From the IMG/VR virus record IMGVR_UViG_2526164617_000010: a DNA stretch of 8,888 nucleotides, one strand, 5' to 3'. Shown here piece after piece: positions 1-7,200 of the stretch (position 1 is the first letter of the stretch; each line of letters opens with the position of its first letter). The notes beneath the pieces were generated by a model. That model was not told the origin of the DNA. It was given only the letters and a program-made list of their open reading frames with translations, and made no database searches. This DNA comes from a virus. Its lineage: Duplodnaviria; Heunggongvirae; Uroviricota; Caudoviricetes. A program made the translations under genes and the position numbers.

Positions 1-278
1 AGAGCGCATGACAAAAGAGCTGACAGGTAAAGCCCTGTTTATGGCGCTCAGGAGCCAGCGCCCACCTGCCGGGCTAATCCACCACTCTGATCGAGGTTCA
101 CAGTACTGCGCATACGATTACCGGGTCATACAGGAGCAGTCTGGTCTGAAAACATCAATGTCGCGTAAAGGTAACTGTTACGACAACGCTCCGATGGAAA
201 GCTTCTGGGGAACGCTGAAAAATGAGAGCCTGAGCCACTATCGTTTTAATAACCGGGATGAAGCCATCTCAGTAATAC

Positions 279-287
279 GGGAATACA
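279..287. repeat. IS1 target-site duplication, left copy (GGGAATACA)
   Basis: Identical 9-mer at 1056-1064, immediately outside both IS1 ends. A 9-bp duplication is what IS1 normally makes. Confidence 0.9.
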
Positions 288-302
288 GGTAATGACTCCA
301 AC

Positions 303-806
303 TTATTGATAGTGTTTTATGTTCAGATAATGCCCGATGACTTTGTCATGCAGCTCCACCGATTTTGAGAACGACAGCGACTTCCGTCCCAGCCGTGCCA
401 GGTGCTGCCTCAGATTCAGGTTATGCCGCTCAATTCGCTGCGTATATCGCTTGCTGATTACGTGCAGCTTTCCCTTCAGGCGGGATTCATACAGCGGCCA
501 GCCATCCGTCATCCATATCACCACGTCAAAGGGTGACAGCAGGCTCATAAGACGCCCCAGCGTCGCCATAGTGCGTTCACCGAATACGTGCGCAACAACC
601 GTCTTCCGGAGACTGTCATACGCGTAAAACAGCCAGCGCTGGCGCGATTTAGCCCCGACATAGCCCCACTGTTCGTCCATTTCCGCGCAGACGATGACGT
701 CACTGCCCGGCTGTATGCGCGAGGTTACCGACTGCGGCCTGAGTTTTTTAAGTGACGTAAAATCGTGTTGAGGCCAACGCCCATAATGCGTGCTGTTGCC
801 CGGCAT
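303..806 (-). CDS. insB: IS1 InsB' frame, normally expressed as the InsAB' transposase through programmed -1 frameshifting
   Basis: 167-codon frame with an IS1 InsB-like sequence (...[44 protein letters not shown]...), overlapping the insA 3' end. Confidence 0.9.
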
Positions 807-1000
807 CCAACGCCATTCATGGCCATATCAATGATTTTCTGGTGCGTACCGGGTTGGGAAGCGGTGTAAGTGAACTGCAGTTGCCATGTTTTACGGCAGT
901 GAGAGCAGAGATAGCGCTGATGTCCGGCAGTGCTTTTGCCGTTACGCACCACCCCGTCAGTAGCTGAACAGGAGGGACAGCTGATAGAAACAGAAGCCAC
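725..1000 (-). CDS. insA: IS1 InsA (transposition regulator, zinc-finger/HTH)
   Basis: 91-aa [43 protein letters not shown]... matches IS1 InsA in length and sequence. Confidence 0.95.
743..749 (-). promoter_or_regulatory. IS1 programmed -1 ribosomal frameshift motif (A AAA AAC)
   Basis: The minus strand reads TTAAAAAAC at the insA/insB overlap. This is the known IS1 frameshift window. Confidence 0.7.
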
Positions 1001-1055
1001 TGGAGCACCTCAAAAACACCATCATACACTAAATCAGTAAGTTGGCAGCATCACC

Positions 1056-1064
1056 GGGAATACA
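1056..1064. repeat. IS1 target-site duplication, right copy (GGGAATACA)
   Basis: Identical to 279-287. Confidence 0.9.
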
Positions 1065-1155
1065 TTGAGATTTTCTACAATCGTCAGCGTCGTCACTCTC
1101 GTCTGGGGAATATCTCCCCGGCAGCCTTCAGGGAAAAATATCATCAGATGGCTGC

Positions 1156-1344
1156 TTAAAAAAAGAACAAATGGTAGTGTCCGCTATTGCCAGTACACCT
1201 CAGGGTATAAGGGGTTATGGCCACCGGACTACCAAACGGCTGCCAGCCCTCTTTCAGTTTATGTGTCAGCTTTTCCGCAAGATCTGACGGCGGCGCCGCC
1301 CTGACAACATCATAGTGTTTAAATGCCATGGTTCTTTCCACCAT
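1156..1344 (-). CDS. Small prophage-type ORF (possibly DUF1737-like); only 1203-1344 is native, the last 14 codons are encoded by the IS600-like terminus
   Basis: Track ORF MVERTMAFKHYDVVRAAPPSDLAEKLTHKLKEGWQPFGSPVAITPYTL|RCTGNSGHYHLFFF. The junction with the IS end (1202/1203) falls in codon 48. GGAAAG lies upstream of the internal ATG (MAFKHY...). The family assignment is a weak recollection. Confidence 0.4.
   Translation of the reverse strand: MVERTMAFKHYDVVRAAPPSDLAEKLTHKLKEGWQPFGSPVAITPYTLRCTGNSGHYHLFFF
1171..1202 (+). repeat. IS600-like right terminal inverted repeat
   Basis: The reverse complement TGAGGTGTACTGGCAATAGCGGACACTACC aligns with TGAGGTAGCCTGAGTTTAACGGACACTCC at 8159-8187 (positions 1-6 and 20-27 identical). 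Confidence 0.6.
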
Positions 1345-1589
1345 CTGAAAAATAATTCTTTAAAATACCTGACATGTAATACAGAAAAAACACAAAACCA
1401 TACCTTAAATAAAAACCTGATTATCAAGCAGATATGCATGGATAAACTACAAGACGAGATATAAACCACCCTGCATTTAAATAAACAATAAACAACATCA
1501 GAAAAATAATTCTGCTCTATGGTTTACATTCAAAAATATCATTTATACTTTTCAGAACATCACCAGCAAGGCATAAACAAGGAAACTAA

Positions 1590-1925
1590 ATGAAGTGGAT
1601 TGTGATTGATACAGTTATCCAGCCATCATGCGGAATATCTTTTTCAGTCATATGGAGTAAAATAAAATTAATAATCTGGTATCAATCGGATGCTTTCTTA
1701 CCTCCTGAAAGTATATTTACACTGACTCACACAGGCATCATGCTCAATAACAAAGTGCTACCTGTAACCATTTACAACGTAGTACCATTCAATAAAACAT
1801 TCTGGAATTCAATCAAAAATAGCCAGGAATGCCCTACAAATACAGATAACGTATTGAATGAATGCTTTAATAACCGTTGCACTCTGCAAATATGTCCTTA
1901 TGGACTAAAACAACAAAGTCCATAA
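1590..1925 (+). CDS. Hypothetical 111-aa protein in an AT-rich island (no family recognised)
   Basis: ATG is preceded by AAGGAAA with about 6-nt spacing. The ORF ends inside a 12-bp perfect hairpin. Composition is I/N/W-rich with a Cys-rich C-terminus (ECPTN...[16 protein letters not shown]), and 6 of 13 Ile codons are ATA. It could be a chance ORF in AT-rich DNA. Confidence 0.3.
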   Translation: MKWIVIDTVIQPSCGISFSVIWSKIKLIIWYQSDAFLPPESIFTLTHTGIMLNNKVLPVTIYNVVPFNKTFWNSIKNSQECPTNTDNVLNECFNNRCTLQICPYGLKQQSP

Positions 1926-1928
1926 GGA
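1895..1928. repeat. Perfect 12-bp inverted repeat (stem 1895-1906 / 1917-1928, 10-nt loop AAAACAACAA)
   Basis: TCCTTATGGACT ... AGTCCATAAGGA read directly. It overlaps the stop codon of ORF 1590-1925. Confidence 0.85.
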
Positions 1929-1940
1929 GTTTACTCACAT

Positions 1941-1981
1941 CTGACAAAATCAATATAAACAGCCCCTCCGGAGAGGGGCTG
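1941..1981 (-). terminator. Rho-independent terminator for minus-strand transcription (GC-rich hairpin plus T-tract)
   Basis: Stem CAGCCCCTC / GAGGGGCTG (1960-1968 / 1973-1981) with loop CGGA. On the minus strand it is followed by TTTATATTGATTTTGTC (1959 down to 1943). There is no T-tract on the plus side. Confidence 0.55.
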
Positions 1982-2261
1982 GAGAGTGGCGCTATGTGCC
2001 ATTGCATGGTGCCGGGTGCCTCCCGGTGAATTCAGTACCAGCACCTGAATCCGCGATTATCCCATATACCTACTCGCTGATTGCCCCTCCGCACAGGGGG
2101 ATTCACCATGCCAGTTTCTTTTAACAAACTCCCCGCAAACCAGACAACAGTCAACCGCCTGAATTGTGAAGTATTTAAAAATTTCTCCCGCTAACTGATA
2201 CCCGGCTAACAGTCTGGCGTTTTCTTTTTCAGCAACGGGAAAGCAACAACCACCACACCCG

Positions 2262-2269
2262 CCACCAGC
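2262..2269 (-). other. Chi octamer (5'-GCTGGTGG-3' on the minus strand)
   Basis: The plus strand reads CCACCAGC at 2262-2269. It is the only Chi I found in the window, embedded in a CA-rich tract (2244-2287). Confidence 0.9.
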
Positions 2270-2372
2270 ACACCGTCAGCCAGCACTGACATTATCCGGC
2301 TGCTGCAATGCCATTCACAAAAACAGTAAGCAATCACTTTTTACCGTAACAGGTGATAATCCAGATATGTAT

Positions 2373-2726
2373 CTACCCCAGATGAGTAATCCGAAGTTCA
2401 TCCATACCACAGGTCCTGGCTATTCTGTTGTACTCCTGAACAAGAGCAAATAATTCTGAATTAGCAACCATGAACTCATCGCAAACCCTCTGTATAGCAT
2501 CACTATTCAGAATAATAACGTCTCTTCCCGAAAGACGATCAGGAGTACAGAACAAAACTGTCAAACGGCTGAAGGCCTTTGCTCGTGCTGCATTGACTAT
2601 ATCAATACGCTGCCTAAGGATGAAACACCCCGACGCCTCATCAATATTCACTCTACCCACACCATATGAATGATAAATATTTAATGCTGAAAAAACCATT
2701 AGACCGTATAACAAACACTCAATCAA
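2373..2726 (-). CDS. Hypothetical protein, 117 codons from TTG (108 aa from the ATG at 2699); unrecognised cargo ORF downstream of the phage tRNAs
   Basis: Longest ORF in the region and co-directional with Q and the tRNAs. Six of 11 Arg codons are AGA/AGG and 3 of 11 Ile codons are ATA, matching the adjacent tRNA specificities. No convincing Shine-Dalgarno before either start. No family recognised. Confidence 0.35.
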   Translation of the reverse strand: MIECLLYGLMVFSALNIYHSYGVGRVNIDEASGCFILRQRIDIVNAARAKAFSRLTVLFCTPDRLSGRDVIILNSDAIQRVCDEFMVANSELFALVQEYNRIARTCGMDELRITHLG

Positions 2727-2836
2727 TACTTAACAGAACTTTTATTTTTGACAAACATAAAATATTTTCAACAATATCCTGAGCCAGGTATATTTCAGTA
2801 TAAGGCTCTGCCGGAAGGAATCTGGAAGAATGAATA

Positions 2837-2913
2837 TGGCGCGCTGTACTGGATTCGAACCAGTGACCGATTGCTTAGAAGGCAATTGCTCTGTCCGGCT
2901 GAGCTAACAACGC
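2837..2913 (-). tRNA. tRNA-Arg (anticodon UCU, reads AGA), phage-type variant
   Basis: Hand-folded cloverleaf: acceptor GCGTTGT/ACAGCGC (one G-U pair), D-stem GCTC/GAGC, anticodon stem ATTGC/GCAAT with loop CTTCTAA, T-stem ACTGG/CCAGT with loop TTCGAAT, discriminator G, encoded CCA. 77 nt. Confidence 0.9.
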
Positions 2914-3013
2914 TGAATACCGATAATGGACCGCCATCGGGGACCCGCCCCCGCACCAACAACCCTGTTATCGTGTCGTCTGCTCTTCCTGATAAGCTAA
3001 TGGCGGTTTGTGA

Positions 3014-3089
3014 TGGTGGCCCTTGCTGGATTTGAACCAGCGACCTGGCGATTATGAGTCGCTCGCTCTCACCACTGAGCTAAAGGGCC
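3014..3089 (-). tRNA. tRNA with anticodon CAU, most like tRNA-Ile2 (lysidine type, reads AUA); elongator tRNA-Met not excluded
   Basis: GGCCCTTTAGCTCAGTGGTGAGAGCGAGCGACTCATAATCGCCAGGTCGCTGGTTCAAATCCAGCAAGGGCCACCA. Acceptor GGCCCTT/AAGGGCC, T-loop TTCAAAT, anticodon loop CTCATAA. Closely resembles the E. coli ileX/ileY sequence as I recall it. 76 nt with encoded CCA. Confidence 0.85.
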
Positions 3090-3124
3090 GGGAGCAGAAT
3101 AATAACGGTCCGTAATTAATTCCG

Positions 3125-3152
3125 CAATAAAAAACCCGCTCGGCGGCGGGTT
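3125..3152 (-). terminator. Rho-independent terminator between Q and the tRNAs (candidate tR')
   Basis: The minus strand reads AACCCGC-CGCCGA-GCGGGTT followed by TTTTATTG: a 7-bp GC-rich stem, 6-nt loop and U-tract. Confidence 0.6.
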
Positions 3153-3191
3153 GTAGAAACTCTTCTAACGTCAGGCATAAAACGCCCATAG

Positions 3192-4046
3192 TTATGACGA
3201 ATTTACCACAGATTCCGGAAAAATCAACCTAGTTACCTTTTTTAACTGCCGCTCAGCCCATGCTTCTTCAATATCAAACCGGGTCACCAGCGCATCATAG
3301 AATTTCTTAACTGTTTTTTCCCATGACGCGCGTGTTATCTGGTTTGTCACCTCGCATATAGCATTAAATGCCTCCGTTGATGGTAGTCTTTCATAGCCAC
3401 GACCACCACAACGCTGGCAGTCTCTGATAACAGGCATACCACGTTTTACCGACTCTTCACGATGAATGGCGACACCACGCCCACGGCAATCCTTACAGGC
3501 GGTGGAAACCTCACCCTTTCCGCCACACTCCGGACAGGCAACTTTTACCACCTCCCTGACTTTTTTCCATTCTTCCCAGTAAGACGGATACACACCTTTC
3601 GTACACTTTGCCCATACCGGCGGCTTACCATCCGGATACTGGACCTTGTTTGTAAAAACTACGCTTTCAATAAATTTTTCCCCATAGCAACAAGGGCACT
3701 GCTTTTTACTCGCTGCGCTGCGGGCATAATCCTCAAAAGCGTACGAAGCCATAATGCGCATCACTACCGGTTTTATTTCTGCCGGAAGTTTTCTCAACGC
3801 CGCCACACGATCGCACCGACTGAGTGCATAATCTGCCAGTAATTCTGTTGCCCGCGCCCTGTCATTCATACTGATGCCCATTTTCCCCAGGAACGCAGAA
3901 AACCCCATCTCAGCCCGATTCTGTGTCATGCCCTGCGCGGCCATCACATCAGTGATACTCAGCGCATCTTTTGACGTTGAGGCCGATGCATCGGTCAGGC
4001 AAGGGGATTTTGGGGAGTAGTATTTCGGTAAATCTTCCAGTTTCAT
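3192..4046 (-). CDS. Q: Late-gene antitermination protein Q (long, zinc-binding Q family of phage-82/Stx-phage type)
   Basis: 284 aa. N-terminus MKLEDLPKYYSPKSP...DVMAAQGM and three CxxCxGxG motifs (CPECGGKG, CKDCRGRG, CQRCGGRG). The start overlaps the rusA stop (ATGA). Followed by a candidate pR'/tR' and phage tRNAs, as in lambdoid late regions. Confidence 0.8.
   Translation of the reverse strand: MKLEDLPKYYSPKSPCLTDASASTSKDALSITDVMAAQGMTQNRAEMGFSAFLGKMGISMNDRARATELLADYALSRCDRVAALRKLPAEIKPVVMRIMASYAFEDYARSAASKKQCPCCYGEKFIESVVFTNKVQYPDGKPPVWAKCTKGVYPSYWEEWKKVREVVKVACPECGGKGEVSTACKDCRGRGVAIHREESVKRGMPVIRDCQRCGGRGYERLPSTEAFNAICEVTNQITRASWEKTVKKFYDALVTRFDIEEAWAERQLKKVTRLIFPESVVNSS
3200..3227 (-). 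promoter_or_regulatory. Candidate sigma70 late promoter (pR'-like) overlapping the 3' end of Q
   Basis: The minus strand reads TTGATT (3227-3222), a 16-bp spacer, then TAAATT (3205-3200). The predicted start is about 40-65 nt upstream of the candidate tR' hairpin. This is motif-level evidence only. Confidence 0.3.
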
Positions 4047-4417
4047 TTTTTGACCTGCTCTTCATGCATTATGGGGTAAATCTTCACCCCCAGACGTCCA
4101 CCAGATACTGGCTGACCACGAACGATATTGATTTCATCAAACTGCTCATCGTCCATTAACACTCCCGCATGTGTCAGTGCATCCAGTGGTGCTTTCAGGA
4201 TATTGTCCAGGTCACGACGGCGCTTATCCGGTGGCTCTGCAATAATCTTTATCGCCAGTCTTCCGGACAGGCTTAATTTCAGTCGCTGCTGACGGACAAT
4301 AAGCGCCACATCCCGGCGATAACGCTCACCGGCTTTTGATACAAAATATGTGTTGTCACGACGTCGCCAGTAAGTATTCACCGTCGGCGGATAAGGTAAA
4401 ATAAACTCATGGCGCAT
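4043..4417 (-). CDS. rusA: Holliday-junction resolvase RusA (crossover junction endodeoxyribonuclease)
   Basis: 124 aa; the PDKRRRDLDN motif and overall sequence closely parallel E. coli RusA. Start overlaps the upstream gene's stop (TGATG). Confidence 0.9.
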   Translation of the reverse strand: MRHEFILPYPPTVNTYWRRRDNTYFVSKAGERYRRDVALIVRQQRLKLSLSGRLAIKIIAEPPDKRRRDLDNILKAPLDALTHAGVLMDDEQFDEINIVRGQPVSGGRLGVKIYPIMHEEQVKK

Positions 4418-4674
4418 CAGCGCAGCACCTCCTGCACCAGTTTTTCAAACTTTCCGACTCTGGTTTCCAGCTCTGCCACACAGTCCACCAGCTCATCTAC
4501 TGCTTTCTGTGCGCGATGCTTCGCCTGCATCAGTTCCCGAAGCGCGGGTACCATATCTTTACGGATAGCGTCTTTTGTTATGCCCGTTTTTTCGAGTTGT
4601 TCAGCATGACGCAGCATTTCCTGCGCGTGTTTACGCAATTGTTCAGGGGTAAAAGTCATTGTCTGGTTGTTCAA
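4417..4674 (-). CDS. Hypothetical prophage protein (predicted helical, coiled-coil-like); start may be the ATG at 4659 rather than the TTG at 4674
   Basis: ORF translationally coupled to rusA. Charged, helical composition (…EQLRKHAQEMLRHAEQLEKTG…AELETRVGKFEKLVQEVLR). No family recognised. Confidence 0.55.
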   Translation of the reverse strand: MNNQTMTFTPEQLRKHAQEMLRHAEQLEKTGITKDAIRKDMVPALRELMQAKHRAQKAVDELVDCVAELETRVGKFEKLVQEVLR

Positions 4675-4789
4675 AAGAAACGCTCCATCTTACTGCTGTC
4701 AGTTCGTTTATTACTGTATCTGCGCGGATTGCCGGGCTTCATGGGAGTGGAAAGCACCCGTGCACTTTCCTGGTCCACAGGCAGAAAAT

Positions 4790-4794
4790 GTCCG
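4790..4794. repeat. IS2 target-site duplication, left copy (GTCCG)
   Basis: Identical pentamer at 8118-8122 abutting the other IS2 end. IS2 makes 5-bp duplications. Confidence 0.85.
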
Positions 4795-5008
4795 TAGACT
4801 GGCCCCCTGAATCTCCAGACAACCAGTATCACTTAAATAAGTGATAGTCTTAATACTAGTTTTTAGACTAGTCATTGGAGTACAGATGATTGATGTCTTA
4901 GGGCCGGAGAAACGCAGACGGCGTACCACACAGGAAAAGATCGCAATTGTGTCAACGCCACGATGTTTGACCGTTATTTGCCATTTTCATGCCCGCTAAA
5001 TACTTTCG

Positions 5009-6951
<1,943 letters not shown>

Positions 6952-7193
6952 GTTGATGTCCTTTCTGGTGTGAGAACCTTAAGGAAACAACATGGTGTAG
7001 CAGCCAGCCAGTTATTTCTCTGGCGTAAGCAATACCAGGAAGGAAGTCTTACTGCTGTCGCCGCCGGAGAACAGGTTGTTCCTGCCTCTGAACTTGCTGC
7101 CGCCATGAAGCAGATTAAAGAACTCCAGCGCCTGCTCGGCAAGAAAACGATGGAAAATGAACTCCTCAAAGAAGCCGTTGAATATGGACGGGC

Positions 7194-7200
7194 AAAAAAG
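7194..7200 (+). promoter_or_regulatory. IS2 programmed -1 frameshift heptamer (A AAA AAG) at the insC/insD overlap
   Basis: AAAAAAG read in the insC frame (codons AAA AAG at 7195-7200). The insD frame opens at 7200. Confidence 0.7.

Larger units (their letters stand above)
288..1055 (-). mobile_element. IS1, complete 768-bp copy, inserted inside the IS600-like orfB
   Basis: Ends GGTAATGACTCCAACTTATTGATAGTG (288 onward) and the reverse complement of GGTGATGCTGCCAACTTACTGAT (up to 1055). Length is exactly 768 bp. insA and insB frames are intact on the minus strand, and the element is flanked by a perfect 9-bp direct repeat. Confidence 0.95.
1..1159 (+). pseudogene. IS600-like transposase orfB (integrase/DDE core), left-truncated by the window and split by IS1 into segments 1-287 and 1065-1159
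   Basis: Track ORF 8-292 contains HSDRGSQY...KGNCYDNAPMESFWGTLKNE, an IS3-family catalytic core. Removing IS1 plus one duplication copy restores the frame: ...REYIEIFYNRQRRHSRLGNISPAAFREKYHQMAA then stop at 1157-1159. Confidence 0.8.
1..1202 (+). mobile_element. IS3-family insertion sequence, IS600-like, 3' portion (left end lies outside the window), carrying a nested IS1
   Basis: orfB-type DDE transposase reading frame runs to a stop at 1157-1159. The terminal 32 bp (1171-1202, ending ...ACCTCA) is an imperfect inverted match to the left end of the second copy at 8159 (TGAGGT..CGGACACT shared). IS600 assignment is from memory of the OrfA/OrfB sequences, not a search. Confidence 0.8.

Noticed and set aside
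1065-1304. Track ORF 1065-1304 (+), with 1266-1469 (-), 337-627 (+) and 817-1029 (-)
   Set aside because: 1065-1304 is an out-of-frame read through the IS600-like tail (the true orfB frame ends at 1159). The others are antisense or overlapping frames inside IS1 or the AT-rich tract with no start signals.
2262-2269. Chi site as evidence of something unusual
   Set aside because: A single Chi octamer in 8.9 kb is about the host background frequency; recorded as a feature but not treated as significant.
2470-2673. Track ORF 2470-2673 (+), 67 aa, antisense to the 117-codon ORF
   Set aside because: Shorter than the opposing ORF, no Shine-Dalgarno, and it would be antisense to Q-driven late transcription; kept the minus-strand ORF as the tentative call.
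2373-2836. Looked for stxA/stxB (Shiga toxin) in the slot downstream of the phage tRNAs
   Set aside because: No ORF of the right size (about 315 and 89 aa) or with StxB-like sequence is present; the slot holds only the unassigned 117-codon ORF.
2727-3013. Third tRNA gene (argO-like) expected next to the Ile and Arg tRNAs
   Set aside because: I could not fold a cloverleaf with T-loop and acceptor stem from 2727-2836 or 2914-3013, and track ORF 2748-3035 (+) merely overlaps the two real tRNAs.
4827-4846. 20-bp operator-like palindrome TATCACTTA-AA-TAAGTGATA, which looked at first like a phage repressor operator
   Set aside because: It lies 33 bp inside the IS2 left end and is part of the canonical IS2 terminal/regulatory region, so it is explained by IS2 and is not a prophage operator.
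3462-4929. Track ORFs 3462-3842 (+), 3971-4159 (+), 4409-4609 (+), 4516-4797 (+), 4659-4844 (+), 4711-4929 (-)
   Set aside because: All lie antisense to or overlap the well-supported Q, rusA and hypothetical genes, or span the prophage/IS2 junction; none has start signals or recognisable sequence.
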